From Guillardia theta CCMP2712 (taxonomy: Eukaryota > Protista > Cryptophyta), in contig NW_005434663.1 in NCBI RefSeq assembly GCF_000315625.1, positions 997,055 through 1,061,054 of the forward strand: DNA of 64,000 nt, read 5' to 3'. The notes under the pieces are model-generated. The model saw nothing but the letters and a program-made list of their open reading frames with translations. It ran no database searches and had not been told where the DNA came from. The position numbers and the translations under genes are program-made. This document shows, in pieces, positions 45,372 through 57,856 of the stretch. Positions within the stretch are counted from its first letter, which is position 1. Each line of letters opens with the position of its first letter.

Positions 45372-48049
45372 ATGGTGCGGGGGGTGAAACGAGCGGCGAG
45401 CGGCGAGGAGGGTGCGAGGAAGAAGAGGAGAGGAGGGGGAGGAGAGAATGGCGGAAGCCTTCCACTTGCTGATGTTCTTCACAATGGCCTCGAGGATGAT
45501 TCATCCTCGGCCATGGTCAGCTCCGATGAGCTTGAAATTCCTCAAGACAGAGCGAGGGAGCAGGGAACGTGCAGGTTCAGGTCGAGACGAGGGGACGAGG
45601 GGATGGGAAGGACGAGGACAGAGGAGGTCAGTGTACAGACAGAGAAGCGAGATCGTGAGACGAGGATCTCTTCCATACCTCCAAAAGTGCTGGAGGCTGA
45701 TGCGAAGCGTTACTCTTCAGTCTCACCTCGGGAGCGGGCCATCATGAGCTCGAGCCCCAGGAGCAGCGACAAGAGGAACCTCGCGCAGGGGTCTAGAGGG
45801 TTTGTCAGATACGTGCTGGGCGAGGTGTCTCCTGTGGTCGTTGAGAGTGAGCTCCAGGAGGCAACACCAGACATGTTCTTCCCTAAGGTCAACGAAGACT
45901 GGACGCCGCAATGTCCTCCCTTCATGAAAGTTCCTTTCAAGCTTGAGAAGACGCTGTCCATCGGCTTTCTTGTCTGTGCAGACTCCTTCCTCTTCAATTT
46001 CACTCTCCTACCCTTGAGGACGATCTCGGCGGTGGTCGCTTACGTGTGCTCCTTCATCCCCTTCCTGCAATGCAGTCGTCCTGTCGCGATCCTGGATGAT
46101 GTTTCCCGTGCTTGCTTGATGTTCAGCTCGCTGGCTGTGTTGTTAACAGTAGATATCTCTTTCTTGTACCACTACATCAGAGGACAGGTGAGACGGCAGA
46201 GAAGATGTGACGTGATGCTCACTGTTGTACTAGATGTCATCCTACATCAAACTCTACGTGATCTACAACGTGCTCGAGGTTCGCTGGATCTCTTGACCCC
46301 TAGGGTGATCTTGACCTCTTCTCAGGTCTTCGACCGACTCCTCTACTCGCTAGGACAGGACGTGTTTGACACGCTCTCGATATGGAGCGCGCAGGCAAGT
46401 TGGCTGGAGGAGGTTGTGTTGGAACTTCTTACTTGATCCACCAGAAGGAGAATGGAAGATACTCTGCTGCTTTTAGAAGCTATCAGTTCCGTGCGGTCTA
46501 TCCCCTGCTTGCTGTTGCCTATGTCTCCGTACACTCTGTTGTCTTGCTTGTTCAGGTAGCCCGTGCATGTCATCGTTGAAGGCTGTTGATGCTGCAGACT
46601 GCAGGTTGTCACTCTGAACGTTGCGATCAACTCGCAGAACAATGCACTGATCACTCTCCTGGTCGCCAACAACTTCACTGAACTTAAGGGGCATGTTTTC
46701 AAGAAGTTCGATGAGAGCACGTTGCTACAGGTGCGACGATCTTCTCTCCTACTGTTCTCATTTCTATTAGGTTGTCTGCGCAGACATTGTAGAAAGATTC
46801 CAGATGGTCGTTTGTCTCAGCCTTGTCACTTTGCAGAACTTGGTGGTGGATGGGAAGCTGATGAACAAGGCTTGGCTGCAGGTGAACATAGCAGGGATAG
46901 ATGCGCTTCACTGTCTCTCTGACTTGCAACGACTTGCAGGACTGGGGCAACATGGTGGTAGTAGTGTGGTGCACAGAACTTCTAGTCGACTGGATAAAAC
47001 ACGCGTTCATCACCAAGTTCAACAAGATTGAGCCGGATGTCTACAACAGGTACAGAGATGTCATCTGGGAGCACATCTGCAACGCCTGGCGACTTCGGCA
47101 GGTGCAGCTTCTCCCCTCTCAAAGTTTCCCAGCTCACCTTCAGCTCAGCCTCACAGGGTCGCCAAGCACGTGGGTTTCGTCTCCCTCCCTATCGCCTGCG
47201 TCTTCACCCGGGTGGTGCTGCACACGCTGACCCCCGAGCACATCATAGCCATCCGTCAGAACTGGAAGGTGCTCGTGCCCCTCGGAGTCGTGTGGTGGTG
47301 TGTCCTTTGTCAGATCAAGGTGATCTTAAGTTTGCTCCTGCTCTCCTCACCCCCTCTAGATGAACTTGTACCTCGTCCTTCTCGGACACGCGTGCAAGCG
47401 AAGGATCGTGAGTTTCCCGCCCCTTCTCCTGCCGACTTGTAACTTCCCTTGTCCCTCAGAGGAAGCAGGAGAAGTTTGTGGCAGCCGAGGATGAATTCCG
47501 GTGAGGCTGTTTACGATCCTCCTCCTCCCCCTGAGTTGCTTCATGATAGGAACAGCCAGGCTGGAGGAAGAGCCTCACAGAAGTTCCAGAGCCCACGAGC
47601 ATCCCCAGCTGACATTGACAAGGTTGACATGGCTGACGTCTCGGCTGCTAGGGTGATCTCTTCCTGCAGGAGGCGCACGAGGCTGCGGTGGTGCAGGAGC
47701 TCATGGGCGTCGAGATGTTCACGTGCGTCCTCCATCCCTTCGCTGGCTGGCCTCCTCTGACCGCTACGACCGCAGGAGGACGAGGAACGTGACCAAGATG
47801 GACGGGCAGGTAAGCCCGTCTCCTCCTCCCTCCCGTCCTCTCATGTCGACTAGCAGGCAAACAAGAGCCCTGTGCTTCATCCTTCTACTCCAGGCAAGCC
47901 TTCCTTGGGTGACCTCCGCTCCCTCCCAAGCCCTGCAGCTGATGCGGTTGGCAGGATACGTGAGCGCGTACCCTCCGCAGATGGAGCTTAATCCAGTAGG
48001 CATCTCTCGATGCACGTCGACGACCGAGCTGAGCAAGAAGGTGACCTAG
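45372..48049 (+). CDS. TAPT1: TAPT1/Emp65 (DUF747) multi-pass membrane protein
   Basis: VPFKLEKTLSIGFLVCADSFLFNFTLLPLR, YHYIRGQ, KLYVIYNVLEVFDRL, TLNVAINSQNNALITLLVANNFTELKGHVFKKF, DIVERFQ, ELLVDWIKHAFITKFN. The 3' end is approximate. Confidence 0.9.
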
Positions 48050-48165
48050 AGGAGGAGCTGCTTGTGCTGCAGGAGGGCATCGAGGATAAAAGAGGTGGCT
48101 GTAAATAGACGGAGAAGTTTAAGTTGTTAATGAAGGTCTAAAGGTATGGTACATGTGTAACTATC

Positions 48166-51135
48166 TCACTTCTTCTTCGGTTTGCTCTCTACCACAATCT
48201 CATTCCCGAACTCATCGAAGCGAGATGCAAGCTCTCTCTTCTTTCGAGCTACGATCCTCTCCGACTTCAGCTTGATCGCGTTGCGGTCATCCGTCTCCGC
48301 ATGGTCGTCCTCCTCCTGCGCCCTCCTGGGGCTGCGGTTGACCCGAGACAGCGGCAGGCGGTAGTTGTTCTTGAGGTCTATCAGCCCCACCGGCATCTCG
48401 TGAGCTCCCTTGAGGCTCCTGATGCTCGCCTCCTCCTGAGGCGGAACTTCTCCCTGGACCCTCTTGAGGTAGCTGTAAACGTTCGCCAGCTTGTCGGAGG
48501 TCTCCAACAGTATCGCCACGACCCCGAACCTCGGGTGCTCCACCTTCTTCATAGCCAGCATGTGCTCGGGGTCGTTGAGAGTCTCCTCGAAGCTGCCTCC
48601 CTGCACCACCTGGCTCAGGCTCAAGTCTCCCGCGCTCTCCACGTTGGACGGCATCTCCGTCCACTGCAGGCTGGTCTCCTCCGAGGACGCGTTCAAATCG
48701 ACTTGCGACACCACCACCATCGACTCGTCTTTCGGCGACTTCCTGTCCACCTCAATATGAACAAGTTTTGATGCCAGGAATTCCATCCCAGATCTGTTGT
48801 CAAGAAATCAGCACTAGCACGGGTCAAGGGGAGAGAATACCTGATCTTGATGAGCAAAGATTCGAGAAACAATTGTTTTGCTTGCATGTCCCCGATCTTT
48901 CGTCGCATATTCGCTGCAACAATCACGATCAGCAGGTCAACGAGATACATCTGGACTCACATAGTTGTTGAATCACTTCTTCGACCTCCTCTCGCTCAGC
49001 ATCGTTGGCACTTCCGCTGTACTTGATCTTCATCAGCTCTTGTTCGAGCTCACGCTTCAGGTCTGAGAGCTCGTCGATTCGGTTCTTGTTGTGCTCCAGC
49101 AGCGTTTCAAAATGCTGCTGCTTCTGATCGCGATTCAGAATCGCGTCCTGTGACAGGTGGGGATGAGGCTCGAGGCAAGACAACCCGACAGCTGACCTGG
49201 AGCTCCTCCAGCGTTTGTATCCCGGAGATGCTCATCATCTTCTGGAACGCATCCTCTAGCCTGGAGTGGAATTTGTCTTTCTGCCGCTGCTGGGCTACTG
49301 CCTCCTTGTTGGCAGCCAGGTCCTGTAGGTTCTTTTGCCTGCCAACCCCCCGGTCACAACTGAAGCAGCTCAAGAGATACGCAGACCGGGCGAGCTCCTC
49401 CTCCTCTGCGATCAGCTTCTTCAACGCCTCGTCTTTGAGCTGCATCTTTTGCACTTTTCTTCTTCGCTCTGCCAACCTCTCCTCCCTCCTCTCCCTGTAA
49501 AGTTGCATCTGCTCGTAGTAGTCCGACACCTGGCGCTCCGCTGCGTCGCGTTCATTCTTGGCCTCTTGCAGCCTGACCTGGAGCAGGTTTATCGATTGAA
49601 AGCAGTCAGCAACGAGTCGTTCACTTGCAACGCTCGGATGTCATGGTCGTGGTTGTCCAGCAGGTCTTTGAAGTTCATCGTCTCAATGTCTCTCGAGTGC
49701 TTCTCCGACGCGCATCTTGTCTGCATGTGCAGCAGCGTCTTGGTGTATGATTCTTCTTCCCGTAACGCCTCAGTCCAGTACTCGAGCTGCTCAACATTTC
49801 AAGAGCATGAGACGACACGACCTGAAATTACCTTCGCTTCTAGGTCCTGTATCCTGTGTTCGTTGTGCAAAATGCTTTTCCTGTCTTCACTCCTTGCCTC
49901 CGCATCGATTGCAGCCTGAATTACAAACAGTGACTGATTCAAATGCTCACAGAAGCACACACCTTTCTGTCGATCAGCAGGGCATATTGCCTCTCTAAAT
50001 CCGTCCTCTGCTTTTTCAGGTCGTTGTACTGCTTTGTGAGTTGCATATTGTACTCGACGGCCTCCTCTTTGTGCTTTTCAAACATCTGCCTCTCCGCCGC
50101 CTTCTGCTCAGCTTCGATACTTCGCTGCTCCGCTTCCAGGGCTCTGATCTCTGGCTTCTTGTGTAAGGACCTGCTGTTGCTCATCTTGGATTGACTGCTG
50201 CGGTTGAAGTGAGGAGACATGCGACGATCAGAAGCAAAGGAAGTACCTGCCCACTCTCTTGAATTTACTCTGAGAGAGAATCTTCACACAGGCATCGGTC
50301 AGCAACCAGAATCTTCTCCATCTCATCAAGTCACCTGCATCAAGTTGATGGGCATCGAAGAGGATGACGTGTATGGTGGCGCTGAGTCTCTTCCTGATCT
50401 GAAGGAGCGATCGTTGATCGAGCCCTCGCCCTTCATCTGCAACAACATCAGCAGGCAAACATCAGGTCCATGGCTAGCTCGAGCACTGCAACGCCGATGA
50501 CAATGAAAGACAAAACAAACCCAGGACGACAGCGAATGATGAGAAAGACAAGAAAGACAAGAAAGACAAGAAAGACAAGAAAAGAAGAGAATGAGAATGA
50601 AAGGAATGAAATAAAATGTAGGAACCGAAATAGATTGAAAAAAAAAGAATGACAATGAAAGCAAGAAAAGACAATGAAAGACAAGAAAGACAATGAAAGA
50701 CAAGAAAGACAATGAAACACCACGACTTGCGGAGCATGTCAGCTAGTCTCACCGCGAACTTTCTTCGAGGTCGTCCCATTGAGAAGCTTCCAGCCTGTGA
50801 ACCCCCTCGGTCTCTTCCACTCGAATACTCCGCACTCTCGGGCCTCTCCGACTTGACAGTGAGGAAAGCGCTCTTGGCGAGGTTGGTGAACAGGAAGGGG
50901 GCATGCGGGATGGTGCTCTTGGAGCGAGGAGGAGAAGGAGGGAGGATGTCGACGGGAGGATCGCACAGGCTAAAGTCAAGGGAGAAGCTGTTGTTCCTCG
51001 TGACGTTGTGGGCTGATGATGGTCGAGACATCTCGACTTGTACAAACTGTCTGACGCTTCTGCCCTGCCGCTAGTGATCCGACTGCCGCCTCACTGTCGA
51101 CTTCCTGGTCTCCTCGTGAGCTTCATCACTGCCAT
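48166..51135 (-). CDS. Long coiled-coil protein resembling outer dynein arm docking complex subunit (ODAD3/CCDC151 or ODA3-like)
   Basis: Extended heptads; LEDAFQKMMSISGIQTLEEL...RIDELSDLKRELEQELMKIKYSG and GMEFLASKL resemble the ODA-DC family core. Confidence 0.6.
50540..50720. repeat. 9/18-bp (AAAGACAAG/AAAGACAATG) degenerate tandem repeat, intronic
   Basis: Seen directly. Confidence 0.8.
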
Positions 51136-51809
51136 CTCTCTCTATCTCTCGCTAATCTGATCGCTCGTTGTTGTTCACGCCATGTCCTCTCTGCTCCCTC
51201 CCTCCCTGACTTGCCGCCTCACCGCCTGCATGCCATGATGCAGGGCAACAAGCGCTTCCACTGATCGAGGAGGATGAGATGCGTTAAACTGTATTAGCCA
51301 CATGCGTTAACTGTAACTGTACGAGGGAACCAGGGGTCCATATCACCTAAGAGAGTGGGGTCATACCCAGCCTGGTTAGAGTGGTAATAGTGTCCGATCT
51401 GTCCTCTGTTCTTTTTTGTAACTTTACCCGGCAGCTGGCCCGGAGCCGCCCGTTCCGAGGTGTATTCCCTAAGAAAAGCGCCAGGATTCCTGTCGGGAGG
51501 AAGAGGAGAAGAGAAGAAGAGATGAGGAGGGAGAGGAGGGAGAGGAGGAGGAAGAAGGAGAGACTATGAGAAGAAAGTGTCATCTATGGCATGTAAGAAG
51601 CAACATGGAAGCAAGGGGAGCAGAAGAGTCTCTTTCTCTCCCCATTGATCTCCTCCTCCCCTCCCCCATCCCTCGAGTCTATCTTCTTTTCATTTTCATT
51701 CCCAACAAGAATTTCTCACACTTGATTCATAAGGCTGCCACCCTCTCGCTCCTGCAAGCTTTTCGTTCTCTGCTTCTTCTCTCTATTCCTCTGGTCGACA
51801 ACAGCGCAC

Positions 51810-53440
51810 ATGGCGAAGAGGAAGGCTCAAGAGATCTGTTTCCGTAGCAGAAAGTCGGCGAACGCTATCAAGGTGCGGAGATGTCTGACCGGGAGGAGGA
51901 GGTGTGGTGTTATCTGATGAGAGGAGATGGGTGAGAGGAGGAGGGGGCCAAAAGGGAGAGGATGGGGAGGGTGTGTTGTTCATTCGTGTTTTGATCTTGT
52001 TGTTACAGAAGGTACCGAGGTCATCCTCTTCTCTTTCTTCTCCACTGGTCTCATCCTCTTCATCTGTTGCAGGAAAAAGGAAGATGAGAACGTGTCTGCT
52101 CCAAGGTGCGCTATTTACCCTCAACCCATTTCATCCTCTTCGTCCTGCACCTTCTTTGTCTTGTTTGCCTTTCCCTTAAGTTCAACTATCTTCCCCCTGC
52201 TTCCTGCTTCTACTCTGTTGATATATGAGCAGTACAATATGCTTGAGAGACTGTGAAACTCTGGGATGGGATGTCAGCGCAGGAATTGAGCATTTGACAG
52301 CGAATGGACTACTTCGTGAGGTTGAGGTGAGATCTTTGTTGCTGCTGCTGCTGCTCTTGCTGCTCTTGCTGCTGCTGCAGGTCCCAGCATGACGAGGTAG
52401 CAGGAATACGGCTGCCCTCCGTTTCTTCAGGAGGAGAAGAAGACAGGAGCTTCGAACCATTTCATCTCGCTCGCTAAGGCCATTGTGAGCTCAATCGCAT
52501 AAGTGTTGCTGAAGTTTGACGTCCTCTCCCTCCACCACCACCACCTCGTCCTCCTCTCCCTCCACCACCTTCTCCTCCTCCTCCTCCACCACCACCACCT
52601 CCTCCTCCTCCTCCACCTCCTCCTCTCCCTCCACCACCTCCTCCTCTCCCTCCACCACCACCACCACCACCTCCTCCTCTCCCTCCACCACCTCCTCCAC
52701 CTCCACCTCCTCTACCACTTCGTCCTCCTATCCCTCCTCTTTGCAGGTCTACCAACAGCTAGCAGGAGCAGCAGCCGCGACGATCTGGAAGCGATTTGTG
52801 TCGCTCCTGTCCTGCACGCCCGTGACGAGCGAGGAGGAGCTCGCCGCTGCTCTCTCGTCGCTGTCTCCTGCTGCTGTCCTGCAGCTCGACGAAGACAAGC
52901 TTCGATCCGCAGGCCTGTCGCGAGCTAAGGTGAGATGGAGACGAAGATGAGGATGAGGATGAGGATGAGGATGATTACGATGGTGGTGATGATGTGATGG
53001 GTAATGATGATGGAGATGGAGATGGAAATGGTGATGGTGATGGTGATGATTATAGTGATAGTGATGGTAATGTTGATGGTAATGATGACGATGATGATGA
53101 TGACGACGACGACGACGATGATTGTGATGGTAATGATGATGATGGTGATTGTGATTGTGATTGTGATGATGATGATGGTGATAGTGATGGTGATGGAGTT
53201 GATGATACACATGATGATGGTGGCGATGGTGAAGGGGAGGAGGAGGAGGAGGAGGCGGCAGGGGGGGGGGGGGGATGGTAAAAAGTGTTGTAGGCATCTT
53301 ACGTCCGCGATCTTGCCTGCAAGTTTGAAAATGGCGAGCTTGAGGTAGTGAGGCTGAGCAGCAACGAGAGGATTGAAGCATGTCAGGGGTTGGAGGAGAA
53401 GGACGACGAGGAGCTCGCCCGTGCCCTTATTGCGGTTCTA

Positions 53441-53537
<97 letters not shown>

Positions 53538-54104
53538 TCATCCCATGCTCTCCCTTTTCCTCGGCTTCCTCGCTGATTTTCCGGCAGGTCAAAGGCATCG
53601 GTCCTTGGACTGTCGACATGTTTATGATTTTCTCCCTGTATTCCTCCCGTCTATCTCCCTCTCCTCCCGTCCCTTCCACCTTTTGTTCTCTATCATCGCC
53701 ACCTCCCGCTTACATCCTGCCCCTGCCCCTGCCCCTGCTCCTTCTCCTCCTTCTCCTCCTGCTCCCCCCCGCTCCTCGAGCTCCCCCCGCCCCTTCCTCC
53801 TCTTGCCCGGTTGTCACTCTGTTTCCTTTCACAGGCACAGACAAGACGTACTTCCTGTCGGTGATCTTGGGGTGAGGAAGGGAATGCAGGTGATCTCAGT
53901 CTCTACTTCTTTCATCTCCCCCTCTTCCCCTTCTTCCCCCTTTTCTTCCTCCGTTCCTTTTCCCCGTCCCCTCGATCTACCTCCTCCTCTTGTCTTCCTT
54001 TTCCTCCTCGCCTCCTCCATCGCCTCCGTCGCTGTCGTCAGGTGCATCCTCGCCTCCTCCAGCTGCCCGCAGCCCAACGCCATCCTTCCTCGGTGAAACT
54101 CTGA
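51810..54104 (+). CDS. HhH-GPD DNA-3-methyladenine glycosylase (AlkA/MAG1-like); 3' end uncertain
   Basis: FISLAKAIVYQQLAGAAAATIWKRF, LRSAGLSRAK, VKGIGPWTVDMFMIFSL, RQDVLPVGDLGVRKG. Confidence 0.85.
52945..53240. repeat. Degenerate (GAT/GGT)n trinucleotide repeat, intronic
   Basis: Seen directly; source of the poly-His/Asp/Met spurious ORFs. Confidence 0.9.
53441..53536. repeat. (CCTGCT)n hexamer microsatellite, intronic
   Basis: About 16 units. Confidence 0.95.
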
Positions 54105-56589
54105 GATCCCCACCCGCCGCTCCCTTGCCTGCTCCTCTCGTCACTCCCCCTCCTCCTCCTCCTCCTCCTCCTCCTCCTCCGCTTCCTGACCTGAGCAGAG
54201 CAAATTGATGACAGTCGCTCGAGGGAGATCAGCTGCCCGTGCGCCTCCTCCAGCATCAGCTCGACCCGCTCTGCTCGCCTACTGCTAACAACTTCTGCTG
54301 CCTTCTCGAGCTCCAGCCTTCTCCTCGCGTCTTCCAAGCGCTGCTGCCCATCACTGACCTCCGAATGTCAGAAGGAGGAGGAGGAGGAGGAGGAGGACCT
54401 TATGGAGGATGACGCGCGATCGGGTTGTCCCGCGCGCAGGGCGGCTCTGGCGAGGGAGAGAATCTCGAGGATGTTTTCTTCCTCTTGCTTCCAGTGCACG
54501 GAGAGCTGAAGAACAAACGTTATGATGAGATGAGGAACAGACAAGGAGGAGAAGCAGGAGGGAAGAGCTGTCAGCAAGGTGGAGGAAGAGGAGGAGGATG
54601 CAGGAGGAGAGGAGGAGGTGGAGGACCTCCGAGCTTTCTCTTTCCCCATCTCCTGAGCAGCCAGCAGTCGTCGGCTGCGGGGAGTATCGATCCTCAGGCT
54701 CGCAGTCCATCGGGTCAGACGCAGGACAACCTGGAGAGTGAGCATAAGGAGGGAGGAAGGTAAAATGACTGAGGGGAGGAACCAGGAGGAATCAGCAGCG
54801 AGGAGGAGCGAGGCAATACCTTGGTCAGGCTCGCAAGATGCTGCAGGCAGGGATGGAGGAGGGGTAGACGTTTGACTCATACTTGAGTGGTGGTCGAGGA
54901 GTAGTAGGAGAGGAAGTACCAAGGAATGGATCAACTTCTTCGTCTCCTCCTGGTCCCCTGCATCCTCGAGGGCGAGCACTCCTCCATTTTCTTCCTCCCC
55001 ACCCACTGACATCCCTGCTCTCTCACCAGCTGATGCGACCAGTTGCTTCCCCGTTGAGCTGAGCAGGTCTTCATCTGTGCCTCCTGCTCCTCTCTCCTCC
55101 TCAACTTCATCTTTCAGTTCAAACTCTTTCTCATGTCGACGAGCCTCCTCCTCCATTGCCTCCACGTCCTTGATGACAGGATCTAACGCTAGGTTCTCCT
55201 GCTCTCCTGCCTCCTCCCCTTGCTCCTCCTCCGAGCCCCCAACCTCCAAGTTGAGTTCTGCAGCACTTGGCTTGTACTCTTCTATCCCGACATCTTCACC
55301 GTTTGCTGCTCCAATTTCTGACTTGTCCTCTTCGAACAAATCCTCTCCCAGAACCATCCCAGTGTCCTTGCTGGCTGTCTCTGCTCGTCCGTCTCCTCCT
55401 CCATCCTCGGCAGTGATGTTCTCCCATCCCTCAGCTTCTTGTTCAGCTGCCTTCTCTACTTGCCCCTGTTCACCTCCGGCGCTTTCATTCTCTTCCCCCC
55501 TCCTCTCTGCTTCAGATTCTTCTCCCAGCGTTTCCAGCAGAATCTCGTTCTGCCCCACAAAGCTTTCAATATTCGATTGAGCTTGTCGCTCTTTCTCCTC
55601 CTCGCTGACCCGTCCAGCTTCCTCCTCCCCTCTCGATGCCTCAATCCTGATTCCCTCGACAGCTGGCTCGTCCTGTTCCTGGTTGCGAAAGGCGAGCAAG
55701 GGAGGAGGGGGGAGGGGAGAGCTGATGAGAGTTTCTGATTCGCTTCTTCTCCTGGCCTCGATCATGATCGGGGACTGCAAAGGAATCACTCTAACAACAC
55801 ATAAGACATCGGGCAGGCATACCCGGGGAGAGCGGGGGGAGCGAAGTGAGAGGTGAGCTCTTCCTGTTCCACATGCTTCAGCTCCTCTATCAGCCAGTCC
55901 CCTTGCAGAGCTTACCAACTTCTCTTTCCTTGACTTCTTGCAGGTGAGAGGCTGAAAACAAGTCGCTGTGATCCTCGTCGACGTCATTCTGAGTGATTTC
56001 AACCTGGAGGACGTGAACCGATGAAAGTGCACGGGGCAAGAGACCTCCAGTGAAGAATCGAAGTCCTCCTCCTTTACAGCTTCTCCTTGGGTATCTTGCG
56101 CTTGTAAAGGAACCGCGTTCGCTTCTGCGACTACTCGCACAAAGGCTGTAAGGCCATTCCTACCCGAACTCAAATACAACAAGAGCACTTACAGGGCCGA
56201 ACTCTCTTCGCTCGATTGACGATCCTCCGACCTCGCTTGCGCGATCTTCTGGCCATCACATCCTGTCTGGTTTCCGCATTCAAGCTCTCAATTACAGCAG
56301 GAGGAGTCGTGCTAGGGACAGTCTGAGCCTGTTCGCCTTGCGGTCCTCCAGCTTTCTTGGGTCTCACTGCTCTTGCGACTCTCCCACTGACCAGCCGAGG
56401 ACCCTCGACGACTGGACTCCTCGTCACACCTCGGCGAATTGCCATCCGTGTCACTGCTCCTCCTCTCAGCCTGATGAGGCTGTATCTTGCACAGCGAGCT
56501 GGTGAGTGAACAGGGAGGGAGGGATCCGTATGCAACAAGATCACGAAAACCTTCAATAGAACGTTTGCAATGACGCGATTAAGCTTCAT
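53829..56589 (-). CDS. Hypothetical Glu-rich protein with signal peptide and IRLRGG motif
   Basis: MKLNRVIANVLLKVFVILL...YSLIRLRGG; long acidic exon ~54920-55790; helical C-terminal exons. Confidence 0.6.
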
Positions 56590-57124
56590 GCTGTACTGAT
56601 GAGTGGGCGGAGACAGACCCTCAATCACGAAGTTCAAAGGAGCTTCTCCTCACGTATGAAGGACATTACGACCACAACCTTGCAACCATGACCCTGTCAA
56701 GACATGTTAGAAAACGAGGCGTGACGACGGCAAAGTCAGCCAACACCTTGCAATGAAACAAACATTTGATATATAAAGAGTTCTTCACAGGTTACAAATG
56801 TTGCTCTTTAACCCTCCCTCTACATGCACATCAAAATATAAGAAATCTTCCAAGTCCTATCACCATGTACAAAGCTCGCCCTAGTTCAAATCTACACTCC
56901 TCTCTCGTGGTGCATTACACTTGTTACTGTAAGCAAGAAATCTGTGTATCACTGATCTGCACTGAGAGCATTTCTACTATTGCAACATGTTTCTCATGGT
57001 CTCTTCTCTCCTTCGCTCCTCTTGACAGCCCTGTCTACGTTTCTTACATGCCATGTTTGCCCTGCCACGATTTTCAAAAATTTGAAAACATGTGTAAAAC
57101 CTTTGTGACGGTTACAGTTTTCTA

Positions 57125-57150
57125 TGCATGTAACGTCCACGTTACATGCA
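57125..57150. other. Perfect hairpin TGCATGTAACGT-CC-ACGTTACATGCA in a divergent intergenic region
   Basis: 12-nt arms are exact reverse complements. Confidence 0.85.
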
Positions 57151-57856
57151 ACGATCATCGTTCCTCGAAGCAACAGTGACCTGTCCATTTAGAAACATGA
57201 GGGGTGGTACTCAGAAAGGGTACAAAAATAGGGGTATTTTTTCCCAAATATACTCATGATAATAGGGTAGGGTGCTACAGTTTGCATCAGGGTGGGTAGG
57301 GTGAAACTGTTCTCATGATGTCATGGCTTGCAGCGCACTGTGAATCAGGAAGAGGAGGAAGGGGAAGAGGAAGAGAGAAGAAGAGGAGATGGGAGGAGAA
57401 GAATTTTGTTGTGAAATGCAAATAGGATCAAGGAATATGAGATGAAGATGTGATGAGAAAGAGAAGAAGACAGGAGCTTGCGTATGTTGAGGAGAAGGCG
57501 AACCAGCATATGGAAGAAAAATATGACGAAGGAGAGACCGATGTAGGCCAGAGCTACACTTATCAGCTGAAAAAATTTCGCGATAGGGATAGAGACAGAT
57601 TCTCAACTCTTTAAAGATCTTTGACGACTTGAAAAGATTCGGGGAGTACTTTGAATGGAGCTGTTCCAACAAAGTGCCCTCTTTAACCTGCCGACATTCA
57701 TGATAATGCGATGTAACTCGACATCGGTTACCAGCAGGGCTTGCCTGACACATCTGTTCATGTCTCTTGCTGTGCAGTGTGTGTTGCTATGTGTTCCCTT
57801 GGGGGATTTCAGGTCGCGAAGGTGCCAGTGGATGATTTACTCTGGATGGCAGGAGC

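Noticed and set aside
52474-53381. Poly-His, poly-Gly, poly-Met and poly-Asp ORFs
   Set aside because: Translations of intronic CCT/CCA and GAT/GGT microsatellites inside the glycosylase gene
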